Below, piece by piece: positions 1-13,123 of a DNA stretch of 64,000 nt. Source of the DNA: Daphnia carinata (lineage: Eukaryota). A program made the translations under genes and the position numbers. Location: contig NC_081331.1 of assembly GCF_022539665.2 (NCBI RefSeq), positions 7,936,001 to 8,000,000 on the forward strand, given 5' to 3'. The notes below the pieces were generated by a model. It did no database searches. It was not told the origin of the DNA and worked only from the letters and a program-made list of their open reading frames with translations. Each line of letters opens with the position of its first letter. The first letter of the stretch is position 1.

Positions 1-1155
1 CTTAAAATCTTTTTAAACATACTGAATAGTAAAAAATGTCATTGAAAATATTATCCTCTATTTCTGCGGCTCGAAAAATCTTTTCTCGTCCTGCGAATGG
101 TATTATTTTAAAATTAATTACACACCTGATTGTTACATTGAGTTAATTGTATTTTTTTTTCTGTATCACGATACGGCGATTTTTTTTCCTACTTCGTCTT
201 ACGCAACTATCTTCAGCTACACAATCATGGCAAATGACTGTCAATGGCATTAACAACCCATGATTACTTTGTAATTTTTGTATTATTAATTATTAGGAAA
301 CATTTATACATCACACACATTTTATTACAACTGACACATTTACATAATTGACACCAGAAACATACACACACACATGACACCAATTACACTTTCTGCAACT
401 ATTGGGTATTAAACCCTAATATTCGGCATAGCTTGCCGATACTCAACCATTGAGCTATAGTCACATATAATTTCAGTCTCGTATACCTTGAGTCAACGCA
501 CGATCATTTTGTATAGTCAATGTTTTCTTCTTGCTATGCTATTTGCCAGTCTGATCAGCGACTGTATAACTATCATAGCTTATTTGTAAAGCGTCTGGCT
601 GCGGGTATCAACATACTAAGGTTGAAACCCAGTTCGATGCTCAACCTTGGACTAAATTCACACATGAATTCTCTCTTCTATAGCTTGAGTCATAATATTA
701 TTATATAGTCAATGTATCTCATCTCGATATGCTATTTGTTAGTCTCCTTTCTTATGGTGTAAATACCGCAGATTATACGTAGAAAGTCCGCTTTTGACTT
801 CAGTAATTGCTCACACAGGAATAACACAGTTTTGCACACACAATCAGATTGGTTGAGCACCAAACTGATCTTGGTACTTTTATCTCGATTGTTTTCACCT
901 GTTTCACTTCACGTTGAGGGGAAGCACACGTGCACTGTGGGAGCTTGTGGTAGTTCTCTCTATGGATTAATGCAACGGTTTATTTGTATCTGGACTGCTG
1001 GAACTGCCGATTGCACAACCGCCAGACTAATATTTGAAATTGCTAATTCTTCAATCGCGGCTGTTACATCATTATTGGATCCCAATTCTTCGTTTTTTTC
1101 TCCTGAAAATGAACGAAAACCAGTAAATAAAAGATCTATGTAGTAGATCAAATTG

Positions 1156-3639
1156 TCCTAATGATAGTATTGAATAAGAATAAAAAAGCGAGACGAAAAA
1201 CACAACAACTTAAACGATAATCTGGGAATGAAATCCCAAACCGAATGCTGACCTATTGAAGCTAAGAGGATCATTGAAGGAATTATCACCAAGTCTGTTG
1301 AAGTTGTCCATCATGACTACTGCTGGCGATGACTGAGGCAACGGAAGGTCAAATTTGGCTTCGATTTCCCTTAAACTAGGCGGAATGATGACCTCAGCGC
1401 GAGTTTCCGAGTATTCTTCCTCTGCATAAATATTGGCAGCGGTGCCCAAAAGAAGAATAATCAATCCGCACACGAACAGTACCTAACGCACGGAGAATTC
1501 TTTAGTTATTGCGAGTGACAAAATTCTTCGAAGACCCACTTTGGCAATCCAGCGTTCACCAGAAGTCGATGGGACAACTTGCAGATAAATCCACGCAGGC
1601 GCAACACAACAAACTGCCGTTCCTGAAGTGGCACCCACCAGACCTAAAACGAACTCGACATTCGGAATGCAGATACCAACAGACACCAATCGACATTTAT
1701 ATTTTCTTTTTCATCTTATTGTACTAGATTTCAATAAACTTTACCTATTATTAAGGTTGCCGTGACGATTATGAATGTCAGGATTTTGAAACGGAAATCC
1801 GAAAGTGAGCCGGTTGTTCCTCCTGACATCCCGCCACTAGTTTCAGACGTCTGAAGGGATTCCTCAACTTAAAAAACAAACAAAAGCAAACACTTTGGCA
1901 TAACGATTACATCATCAATGAATTAACGCTTTACCTTTCCATACACTAATGAATGAAAGCTTGTCCTGCAGGGCAAAACACACGACGGAAAGCTCAAGAT
2001 AATCGATAGCAGGAATCCCACTTTCATAAGGTCAGTTACAAAAGACGGCGCAAAACTTATGAGGATATTGCCTAGTCGAGACAAAATATGACCCAATGAA
2101 ATTCGTCAGATTTTCCTAGGCAAAAAGTTTACAATATGTTGACTTGCCAGTAAAATGCGTATCCGCAAAGGCTAGGTAGCCAGCTATTCCTACCCCCATG
2201 TACATAAAAGTGCACAAATCAATGGCTGTCGATATTACTCGATCCATTGCTTTTAGGGAAGGTTCTGGTATACTTCGAACACCTGCCTATGCATTTAAAA
2301 AGCTGATCATTAAATCTGGCATTCTCCTTGTCAATTTAAATATTTCCACTCACGTTTGGCACCATAAAGCCATGGAAAATATCGGTACGCATTGGAGTAC
2401 ACCCCCCATTTTCCATACTTCAATATTTGAAGACATTCCTTCGGTTAGGCCCTGGACACCAGCCTCAAAGAAGGACTGAAAAAGAAAAAAAAATCTGTCA
2501 TAACTGCACTGTTATTTTGGTAGCATACTTCATGTAGAAGGATGCATAAAACATAATTAAGGGCAGGGAATCATGTACATGCTTTCAAAACCAATAACAT
2601 GTACTACATAGCCACAGAAACTGTTGACACTACATCCAATGTTTCAATATCTCTCAAGAGGCACAGAGTTATATGATGAACATGCCATTTCCTGTATGAT
2701 TAAGTTATATATTTTAGAACCTTATGGAAATAATATCACTGGCATCCAGTAGAGAGCTTACCTGCCATAAGAATAAGTATTCGTGCTGACTGCAAGGAGT
2801 AATTTACACCTATTTTGATTAATATTTCTGGACCGAGATCGCCAAGTACAACCAGATAGGCAATGCAGCAGCCCAGATAATGGCTATTTCCTCATTTCGC
2901 CCTTAGATTTTTATATGTTAAGGAAATGCTTAAATATTCGGCAGAGATAGGAGTTTCGGTTTGACAGTTTTTATTTTAATTATTGAAAAAATAGCCAAAA
3001 AGGTTGCGCTAAGCACTTGACTGACATACTAGTATCCTCCAGACCTGCCCCGATGGAGATCATATTGCTGTACTATATGATCCCCATCTCGCATCAGCTG
3101 ATAGCTCTTACATCTCTATTCAGTTCTGCATTGGAATGGGGGCCAATGATTGGTGGACCAATCATTGTGGGTGCCATCATCATCATACCAACGCTTGACG
3201 TTTCGAGTTGTAATTGCTTACAGACTCTTGGTACTAGTTCCCAACATTGGGAGGGTACCATACCCAGTCATTGTTCAAGTGCCGCTACGTTAAAGATGTT
3301 CACGCAACTATTATATACCGTGAATGACGACCCCAAACCATGTTGATAACGCTAGCGGGCATTTTCCGTCTTAAACTAATTCTCATTTAAATTCAGTGAA
3401 ACTATTGCACAATGTAATAAATGAACTGTATTCAGAAAATAGTGATAAACAACATCCAAGGTAATTATAAACAAAACACTTGAGTAAATGTTTAAAATTT
3501 TCAATTATTATGTAGCACTCACGAATTAGGGCGTGGCATCACGCACCGTTAATGACATGCAAGAATACTCCATATCACCTTGCGGCCGATTTTGGCACTA
3601 GTGCATTCATGCATTGGCTTGGTGCTATTCTAGTTGTGA
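1156..3639. repeat. Segmental duplication block A, copy 1 (copy 2 = 20435-28625, which carries extra insertions)
   Basis: Near-identical from TCCTAATGATAGTATTG (1156/20435) to CTATTCTAGTTGTGA (3639/28625); ORFs recur at a constant 19279 offset up to the first insertion. Confidence 0.95.
1210..2876 (-). pseudogene. SLC38A10: SLC38A10-like amino acid transporter, 5'-truncated multi-exon pseudogene (copy 1)
   Basis: Exons encode GCCIAYLVVLGDLGPEIL, VLQCVPIFSMALWCQT, GIAGYLAFADTHFT/GNILISF, KVGFLLSIILSFPSCVLPCRTS, GICIPNVEFVLGLVGATSG. N-terminal helices are absent (fused to unrelated sequence at ~2877); in-frame stop near 2605. Confidence 0.75.
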
Positions 3640-4783
3640 AGGGAAAGTAAGTTAAAGCTAATGTAGGTTTGTCATTATTTATTTTTTGCATTCATATCCA
3701 AACGTATAAGTAGCCCTGCATGCAGCTCATCGCGTCTGTTGGGCCATAATACTTTAACAATCACGGTTTCTAAATTTCCGCTTTGGAAAACAATGACCTT
3801 ATGCCACATTCCCAGGACTTATCAAGTCTAGTTGATAATGGTTGTTCGTAATTACAATCCATTCAGTTGTCACCATGAATATTCCACAAAGGATTTTTTG
3901 AACGTTAGTTACCTTTTGGGTTATGCGTTAAAGATTGAGTCTACATGTTCAGGTATAATACATATGCATATGCATGCAAGTATATACATAAAATACATAT
4001 GCAAACGTTGAATAATCAAAGAAGTTTGATGTTTCACGCTAGCGCTGTAGCGTACTGGCGCGCTAGTAATGGTTTCGTTTCGCACACACATTTATTTCAT
4101 ATTTTAGATTACTCCAAAAGTATAAACTCTACGTAAAGACAAATTCCATTTTCATGTTCCTTGAGTAATTTTTAATCAGAATCATCTATAGTTATCTAGA
4201 TTCAATGCTATTATTTTTTAATAGGAAAAATTTTAAGCCCGACAATATAAGCGCGGGCTTATTTTTTAACCCAACTTTACCGTTTTTTACGTTTTATTAA
4301 AAAACTTTGAGTCCCACGAGAACACAATCCTCACAATCGTGATCCCCGTTCAATTCTGCATCGAAACCATGTATTTAAAGCGAAATCTAACATTTTGTCA
4401 AAATTGCTAAGAGAGAAGGCCTTCTCACTTTTGTCAAAATCGGAAAAAATCGAAATCTCTCGGAATGCGATGAAAATCCCACAGTATAACCCTATTTTAA
4501 CGCGGATTCAGAAAAAACCATTTGTTTTATTTTCAAGTAAGCCGTTTTTGAAATAATCGTAATTTAAAGATAAAGTCGGGCTTATTTTTTTAAACCCAAC
4601 TTCCCCGTTTTTTACGTTTTATTAAAACACTATGAGTTCCACGAGAAAACAACCCTCATATTCGTGATGCCCGTTCAATTCTGCATCGAAACCACGTATT
4701 TAAAGCGAAATCTAAAATTTTGCCAAAATTGCAAAAGTGAGAAGGCCTTCTCGCTTTTCCATTTTTCCTCAAATCCTAGATTA
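3010..4783. repeat. Block duplicated at 41122-42303
   Basis: Near-identity from TAAGCACTTGACTGAC to CCTCAAATCCTAGATT; the 41-kb copy lacks ~3367-3668 and one ~325-bp repeat unit. Confidence 0.9.
4224..4783. mobile_element. Truncated subterminal region of a DNA transposon (two ~325-bp imperfect tandem units)
   Basis: Units begin CGGGCTTATTTTTT at ~4254 and ~4577; the homologous sequence at 42072-42456 continues to a CAGTG terminus. Confidence 0.55.
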
Positions 4784-4816
4784 TGTGTGTATTACTATTA
4801 TCCTAGATTATTATTG

Positions 4817-5312
4817 TATGCTGCACCAAGCTACTATGCAGAAGCCCCGAAGTACTACACTACCACCTACGCCGCTCCTTCTTATTACACTGAGGCTTCG
4901 CAGTACTACGCTACAAAGGCTACCGAGTACAGAACAACGTATGCTTCGCCAAATTACTATACCGAGCCCACCAAGAACTATTCTACTACTTATGCTGCTC
5001 CGGTTTACTACACCGAAGCTCCACACTACTACAGCACAAAGACCGCTGAATACTAGACTACTGCTGCTCCAGAGTATTACACGAAGAAAACTGAGTATTG
5101 TAAACCACTTACGCAGCTCCAGCTTACTACACTGAGGCCCCCATGTATTACAAGACTGGGGCCCCTCAATACTACACTACAAAGGCGTCCGAGAACTAGA
5201 CCATAACGTATGCCGCACCAATTTATTACACTGAAGCTCCAGCATACTACACAACAACCTATGCCAGTCCTAGCTACTACACCGAGGCACAGGAGTACTA
5301 TTCAGCTCCAAC
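4817..5312 (+). pseudogene. Internal fragment of a Tyr/Thr/Ala/Pro-rich repeat protein (YYTTTYAAPSYYTEAPK family)
   Basis: Repeat peptide in ORF 4664-5056, in-frame stops, no signal-peptide exon; 5105-5312 aligns with 7353-7560. Confidence 0.8.
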
Positions 5313-5738
5313 GTCGTCCATCATGTTCGATGATAGGAGAATTAGATTTTGTTTTATTTGCAGTCCTCGTTCCAAGATGAATATTTCCCTGCCGTGTATT
5401 TATGCATTAACTAGTCTAAACGAATGTGATTTATAAATAAAATGTTGAATACAGCTATAATGTCGTTGCCGAATCTATTTGTTTTTAGTCTTTATTACAT
5501 AAAGCGGATGAAGGCGTTTTTAGTATGTGTTTGTACAACATTGTAATTGCTGAACACAGTATACAATTGGTATTTATAGATATGCTCGCAATTTATATAT
5601 TCAGTTGAGTCGCATTGATTCGTTATGTTAGCCCTACGGCATTGTGTAGTTGATGTGGTTAAAATCCATTTATCTTTCCGTTGGTAGTTCAATATAGCAG
5701 AATGAAATGTGATTTTTTTTTCAGTTTGCATTTACAAC

Positions 5739-5971
5739 GCTAATGGCTATTTCCTAGTTTCAATCTGAAAATGCCTATGTTAAGGTAATGCTCAAATATT
5801 CGGCAGAGATAGAAGTTTCGGTTTGCCAGTTTTGATTTTAGTTATTAGGAAAATAGTAAAAATGGTTGCGCAAAGCACTTGACTGACATGCTAGTATCCT
5901 CCAGAACTGTCACGATCTTGGCCCGGATCATATTGCTGTACCATATGATCCCCATCGTGACATCAGCTGAA
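5739..5971. repeat. Diverged paralog of 2877-3100 (also 27862-28086 and, in part, 41122-41212)
   Basis: Shared TAATGGCTATTTCCT...AAATATTCGGCAGAGATAG...AAGCACTTGACTGACAT...TATGATCCCCATC...CATCAGCTGA. Confidence 0.85.
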
Positions 5972-6401
5972 AGTAGCAGTAAATAGTACTAGTAAATACA
6001 TATACACACCTTTGCAACAATGCTGGACGTAACAAAGTTCATTTTGTAAGAAATAAAATAGAAATATTGACTCTACTGTTGAAACGTTTGAAAATTTTTA
6101 AACAACAGGTGCCTTCTTTTCAGTTGGTTCTAAGATCTGGAGAAAAAATCGTGATCAGGTATGAAATAATTTCATAATTGCCAGTACGACATCTGGATCC
6201 ACATTAGTTTTTGCTTGGTGCTTCATTCAATGGAATAACAATAGTTCATTGGGATGGGGAAGATAATTATATTTTTGTTCGATATTTGAAAATACATACG
6301 ATAGGTGCGGTGACAGGTAGGGTAGGAATAGTGGTTGTTATGTCAGGATGAACAGATGGATTGTTTGGGCTCAAAAGAAGAATCAGGATGATAGGAAACC
6401 G

Positions 6402-6408
6402 TATAAAA
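6402..6408 (+). promoter_or_regulatory. Candidate TATA box of the Tyr/Thr-rich gene
   Basis: TATAAAA ~120 bp upstream of the ATG at 6525. Confidence 0.4.
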
Positions 6409-6524
6409 CGAGGTCAAATCGACGGTAGAGGTTAGCCGAGTGAGCAGCTCTGACACTGTGTACTACTAGCAGTCTTTCAAATACCAATACCAGAGTTAGT
6501 GTGTTACAGTTCCGACCTGCAATC

Positions 6525-7658
6525 ATGAGTAATGTACACACTTCAACTTGTTTAATGATTTTAGTTAATGTGATGATGCAATTGTTGATAAAATTGATGT
6601 TTGAACGAGGCGAAGTGCTTCTTTATTTTTGTTTTAAGAACTTCAATGTCATAATGGAATTATGAAAATTAATGTTTTTGTTTTTCGTCAGGTTACTATG
6701 GCAGTATGCTGCTACCAGCTGTCGTCTTCCTGATGACTGGATCGACCTTAGGTGTGCCAATGGCTTCATCTTATGGATACGGTAGTTATTCATGCCAGAC
6801 AACCACTGCTGCGCCGTACTACGTTACAAAGGCGGCCGAGTACTACACCACAACATATGTGGCCCCTACTTACTACAGCGATGCGCCCAAACATTACAGC
6901 ACCAAGGAACTTGAATACTACACCACCACATATGCTTCTCCAACTTACTGTACGGAGGCCTCGAAATACTACTCCGCACCGAGCTATTACACAGAAGCGC
7001 CAGTGTATTACGCAACAACATATGCCACTCCAAGTTACTACACCGTAACTCCCACCCACTATACCACAAATGCCTGACCTGGCCTCTGACGCGACAGCTT
7101 ATGCTTCCCCGGCTTACTACACTGAGACCTCAAAATGTTACTCAGCTCCAAGTTACGCAACAACTGTGTCTTACTACCACTACAGAGGCGCCCAAGTACT
7201 ACGTAGCTCCAACATACTACGCCACAGCTTCCCCATATTATTACGATGAGACGACCTACTACACTGAAACCCGAAGTCTTACGCTGCCCAAAGTTACTGC
7301 GTGGAACCTACTAACTACACCACAACTTATGCTGCCCCGTCTTATTACACTACCACTTACGCAGCTCCAGCTTACTACGCTAAGGCCCCCACGTATTAAA
7401 AAACTGAGGCCACAGAATACTACACTACGAAGGCTCCCGAGTACTACAAAACAACGTGTGCTGCACAAAATTATTACACTGAAGCTCCAGTATACTACAC
7501 AACAACCTATGCCAGTCCTAACTACTACACCGGGGCACAGAAGTATTACTCAGCTCCAACCTACTACCAAACTGAATCCTCCAAATACTACACCACAAAA
7601 GCGCCAGAGTACTACACAACAACGTACGCCACTCCCAGCTATTACACTGAGCGACTAA
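6525..7658 (+). pseudogene. Secreted Tyr/Thr-rich repeat protein (cuticle/matrix-like), frameshifted pseudogene
   Basis: Micro-exon ATG 6525, intron ending TTTTCGTCAG at 6691, signal-peptide-like AVVFLMTGSTLG, GYGSY, then YYTT/YAAP/TEAP repeats; frameshift near 6706, TGA at 7075, further shifts downstream. Confidence 0.75.
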
Positions 7659-8581
7659 AGTGTTATTAATTGTGAAAGTTGCGCTGTCCGTCGTGGCAAA
7701 TGACAATCATTTTTGCGCGTTTTGCTTATATGCAAATGCGAAGACAATCACGCGCTATTAACTGGAACCAATTGTAAACTACCGTGGCGTCTGAGCAACT
7801 AAAGAAAAGACACGCGTTCAAACATTTGCCAGCGTGTTTTTTTTTTTTTTTAAACAAGAAGACGACGTTACCCCAGGTGGTCGCATTTGAATATGCGCAT
7901 TCTGACCCAAACGCTAAGTATACAGTTAGCGCATATTATGCCGAATGTTGTTTCTTTCTGTTAAGTGAAAAACGCCAGAATTATTTGCCCGTCTTTTTCT
8001 TCGTCTGTTGACCGCTCCCAACAGTAGTTGTTGCGCAATCGAAATAGACGATCCCCCCCCCCCTCACATATCAGCATATACGCAAACGTAGCTGATCCCC
8101 TAAAAACATTCAATTTAAATACAGCCTGTTCCGATTTTCTATAAACATTCCGCTATGATTCTTATAGAGAACGCGCAATGATAGGCTCAGGCTAAATTAA
8201 TACTCTTTTATTTAAAAAAAAAACGTTCGCCGCGAAACGATATAAATAAAATTTAAATTTGTATACCCAATTTTGACGATCATCGTCTAGAGCGGGCGCA
8301 AACAGCGAAAGGAAACGGTGACGGCGTTAAAACTGGGGAGATGGATGTCCTCGTTACGGTGGCCACGATCGGATCTTTCTTCTTCTTTTTATTGTGCCAT
8401 CGAACTGGAAAATGGAACAATTTGCGTTCGTCCGTTGATGGTGGACATCACGTAGGGAAACGGACTACGTTACTTTTTGACGAGTACAGCCCATTAAGAA
8501 GAAACTGGCCGTCCTTGTCACTGCCGTCCTAGACACAACGTCTGTTACGCAATCAAAAATATGAATGAAATTAAAATGAAG

Positions 8582-9195
8582 TTAATTAACGTGTTTACGT
8601 GTGATGGTGACGTTGACGGAAGTCGCTGGATTGAAAAATGCATTGCCTATTTTGGAGAAATAGCCCGGCTGTTTCCTCCTGATGGATGATGTTCTCGGCA
8701 TCCATGACTCGTCGTGCGTGGGTAAGTGGAATGAACGATCGTTCGGCCAATCAGGTGATGTAAACAAAGGCGTTGCTTCGACGCTGTACACAACGATGTC
8801 GGTTGATTTTGATATTGCAACTGAATTGTTTTGGAATTCATTTATACCGTAATGTTTGTGTTGGCATGAATTGTGTAAGCGGATGGTAGAACTCGTTTGT
8901 CAGCGGATAGAGTGGCCCATTCATCATCAGGAGGACGTGCTGCTAAATGGCGAATCTTCACCGTTGGCGACATCTTCCTGTTACGTTCACCAGTTTTACG
9001 CAGATCAACTTGAATGGATATGAACAAAAATGATCAATCAACGGATGATTGTTTCGTCAATTCGTTTTTTTTTTTGCAAAAAACTTACGTTACTTGTGAA
9101 ATCAATTGTCGTGCTGATTGTTCTCGACTCGGTGTAGGTGGGCGTCCGCTGTCCATCGACCACCAACGTCGTGATCAACTAAACGATAATCACCT
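8582..9195 (-). pseudogene. Possible small spliced gene fragment, unknown product
   Basis: Exon-like MDSGRPPTPSREQSARQLISQ|gt, ag|VDLRKTGERNRKMSP..., and ORF 8582-8791; no recognisable domain and frames do not join cleanly. Confidence 0.25.
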
Positions 9196-11289
9196 GCAAA
9201 ATGTACTTCAAAACTGAAAATGAGTGATAGATAGCAACCTGCCTTCTCAGACGCTTTCGTACTTTCTGTTACTCACATCGGTCGCTCTTTGCCCTTTTTA
9301 TGTATCGCCGATTGGTCCCACAGCCAACAGGTACATCACATTTTTGAATCCTATTGTTTTTTGTTGAAGGTAACAAATCGTTTCATTTTTTGTGGTTCTT
9401 TTTGCTTCGTACAACGAGTCCTCTCTTCGAAACGTTGGCCAATTGGATCGACCTGATGCCCAGTGGACATCAATCGTGTAGCCGATAACAAACCTCACGT
9501 GTTTAAACATGCACAGCCGATCTGGTGGTGACATTTCCGGGTCTTTGACACCCTCTGTGCACCGCGTCCGACGACCTACGTAATATTTTGATCGATCACT
9601 GTTCTTTCTTGCGTACCGCGGGATGTCCCTGCATTAGCAAGTGTCGGTATGTGATTAACACGACGTGTGTATACGCACGCGGTTAAAACAACAACGCTGT
9701 CCGCTTTCATAACGCAGGTGTCCCCGTAATTTAAGTGGCTATTTAAAGAACAAACGTTTTCTGCCTCTGTACGTGCTTGCTTAACCCACAGTTCCCTATG
9801 CACACATCCGTTTCACGCAGGCGTGAATGTGCGGGACGTGTGTATGGACTGTAATTGTTTTGGAGAAAGGGAGCCGCGCTGTTCGATATTAGCCCAAGAC
9901 GTTGGTGTGTTATGCTAAATAAAAAATTGCGTGGGACTATTGAAATGGTTAACTATTGTTTGAAACTCCCGATCGTGTGCACCTCAAGCATTGGGCGATT
10001 CCTAGAAATGCAACAATCGAACAAAGGCGGCTCGAATCAAAGCGTATTTAAATTTTTTGCAAATTTTTTCTAGCATAAATGAGATTTTGTATAATAAGCA
10101 ACGCAGCAAGTTCAAATGATAATCAGTTTCAAAAAATAATCACGGCTAAATGTGGTCTGGAACTGGCCATTGCCGTGCTCCTTTGTTGCCCGTATAGGCC
10201 GAGAGAGCCCCCCCCCCCCCCCAAAAAAAAAAAGTCGGAACATTGCATTCGAACTTAATTTCGAATGCAACTGTTGCTGGTTGCTATCACTCGATCAACT
10301 GTCCCGACTTTTTTTTTTCTTACATCTAACTTACATCTAATTAATATCTAACTTACATCTACAACCATATGCTGTTTCATCAAGTCTTTTATAGTGCCCC
10401 ATAGATGATCGAAACCAGCTGCATCTCATTTTGGCGTCAATCGACCTTGGCAGTTGAATTTCGCAAACACGGTGTGCGATATTGACGATTATAAAAATGA
10501 ACTGTATTCGGAAATTGCTATTTTACTTATTATACACAATTTTATTTATGTTGGAAAAAATTTAATAGAAAAAAATTGCTACAACAGAAACTGAAAGTGG
10601 TGCAATCACGGATCGTGACTCGTTTGAACGTTACGCGGAACAATAGGCTATGGAATTCAATCCATTTCATTCGTTCTAAATAACTAAATAAATAAATTAC
10701 TAAATATGAATAAATCGTGTGATTTATCTCTGCCTGATAGATGACTCCATTTTACTAAAGCGTACCGTTGCCGGTCAAATGCATCAAGCGAGTCAGCTGT
10801 TCAGCGTTCGTGAATCCCGCTGTTTTATTTCCCTTGCTGATCCTTCCCATTTCGGAAGTTAAAAACAAACAAAACAAAACTATTTGTTTGTTAAAACGGT
10901 ATACCCGTTGGTTTATTTAAAGTGTCCATCTGTTGGTCAGCTTACCCTTTGAGCAATTACACCGAATGTACCGTTAGGTAACCAACGGGAGCTGAGCGTG
11001 AGTCTTTGACACGTTGCGCCATCTAACGCTGCCTTGTTACTTCACCATTCACAAACCATTTCCCGTTATCCGCGTTCAAGAAAATAAAAACAGAGTTCTT
11101 TAGATGGGACATGCACATTTAGCCTGAAGGATAACAGAAACCTTTAACGACATATAGTCCGAACGGTCCCGCACACCACCCGCTGGCCCCGTGCAACTGA
11201 CGGGCCTCGTCAAACGTAAGAAAATCCAGATCCCATGACGTGTCTGTGCATTTGGTATAACACTAAACATGTGTTATAATTGTTGTAAC

Positions 11290-11930
11290 TTTGTTTAAAA
11301 ATGTTTGGTTCGATATCTTTGATGCAAACTTCTCTCGTGATCGCATATTGTATTCTGTCCTGGAACAAGGCATCGATGGCGGGACTCCTGGCTGACAAAA
11401 TAGCTAGCAAAATAGGCGCCGATTTGCTCGTCTTGTTCGGGTGTGTCGAAATGGAATGTAACATCGCAGTTCAACTGATTGACGAAGAAATGAGTGAATT
11501 GGATCTGTGCGTTAATCTCGCCAGCAGTTCTTGAAAAGTGGATCCAAACGGTGCAAGGAATTTCCATTTGTTCCAATTCCAAACGTGGAGATAGTAGCGG
11601 GCATTTTAACGGACTTCCATCCATCGACTCGGAGAGCATGGCTTCAAAACGAACGTCTGTCCTGCGTTGACGTTGGCCCAAACAGCAGTTCGCTTGCCGT
11701 AACTATCCTTGCAGCAAACGCAACGCGGTGACAGGGAGAGTTGGATCACAAATTCAAAACCAGGTGGGGGGTTTTCGCATTCAGCACGGTATGGTCCTGG
11801 CTGTTCGGACGCCAGAGAAAGATGAATGGAAAGTATTCCCGAAATGTGTTTGAAATGAAATCCCCCCACCTTGGCTTGACTTCTCGTACTCGGTGGTGTT
11901 GAATGTCCCTTGAATTTTAAACGAACCATC
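11290..11930 (-). pseudogene. BTB/POZ (SPOP/roadkill-like) pseudogene
   Basis: Joining two frames gives FVNQLNCDVTFHF...EQIGA / AILSARSPAIDALFQ...ITREVCIKDIEPNIFKQ, matching the BTB consensus (DV.F...H..IL.ARSPVF.AMF....V.I.DI.P.VF); frameshift ~11415, truncated after FKQ. Confidence 0.75.
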
Positions 11931-12632
11931 GTCTTATTCTGTTACCTGAAGAGGTGCCATTCCAAGGTATTTTTCGAAGTGTCAAAGCAGTTCTATGCAA
12001 ATTTGCTGGACTGGATGCCGTATAGATTGCTAGACAAAAAACAAAAGTACATTTTAAAGAGATGGAGGTTGACTGTTATTAAAATTTGAAATGAAATTAC
12101 AAAGTGCTGGGAAGTAGCAACCTTTCAATCAGAACGTCGGCTCATTTCGTCTGATCATTCTAGTTGACCTTCTCTACTTAAGCGAGGGGCCGTTATAAAA
12201 TGCCTAATAAAACGTGAAACAATACGTTTAGTGGCTAAGGTAAAAAATAAAAAAATGGCGTACAAGCAATGGAATAAATACGAACTTCGATTCTTTCCTC
12301 GTTAGACTGCTCAAACCTCTGTGTTATAGTCGAAGAGACAATGAAATACGAGATATATGAGATAAGAGTTATCCTTGGTCGCTTGAAGTCGAGTTCACAT
12401 CAGCGATAACAACGTAACCCTATCAGCGCGATAGTGATGAAAACGCCTAGGCTGCAATCCTTTGAAGATAAATTCCAAATTATCATTTAATTTCTGTGTG
12501 CAATTAAGCACGGTTGATATTGATAATCAAATTTCATTAGTTTTAAGTATTTACCATTACCTTTGGGAATTTGTTGGAAACAGCATGAAAAAGCTGGGAA
12601 CCATTCGCGTTTTACTGTTTCCTTGTTAATAG

Positions 12633-13123
12633 TTGATGGGGAAAACGAATTGACCCAGTTGGAACAAGAACACCAAATGTGGGTATGGATGCTTTCCCCT
12701 TTGTATTTCGTGATAGTCATTAAATTGTCTTCAGATCTGTATATGTGGTTAGTGAATTTAGTTTTATAATTGTTTTTCTTTATTATGTTAAAATACCATG
12801 CAGCTGAACTCAGTAGCTACGAAGAACAGTGATATGTTGCCTATTGGAAAGACGTCGTCAGAGGTTTCTCTTTTTTATAATCAATTTATCATATTCTTCT
12901 TTTGTTTTTAGTCTTATATTTGTTTTTATTTTGGCATGTACAGCCTGTAGACGAAGATGAAGATGAAGAAGATGAGGAGGAACATGAAGATGATGACAGC
13001 GAAAGTCGTGAAGCAGAAGACAGTGATATAGACTCCTTTACTGTCAATGGGCCAAACTTTAATCGTGACCTTGGTGAAGGTCCACCTAGACTTGCCAACC
13101 TTACTATGGATCTCAGTGAATAA
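12633..13123 (+). pseudogene. ANAPC15: Anaphase-promoting complex subunit 15; last three exons open, first coding exon not found
   Basis: Exons 12633-12682, 12804-12863 and 12944-13123 with GT-AG introns give DGENELTQLEQEHQMW-LNSVATKNSDMLPIGKTSSE-PVDEDEDEE..., matching APC15 (E.EL...EQ.HQ.WL.S......PIGK..SE plus acidic tail). Confidence 0.8.

Noticed and set aside
440..760. Imperfect direct repeats (TTGAGTCA..TATAGTCAATG..TGCTATTTG) ~195 bp apart, as a transposon end
   Set aside because: No terminus or TSD could be identified.
3017..3346. 109-aa plus-strand ORF repeated at 28002 and 41129
   Set aside because: Non-ATG start, frameshifted in the other two copies, no recognisable domain.
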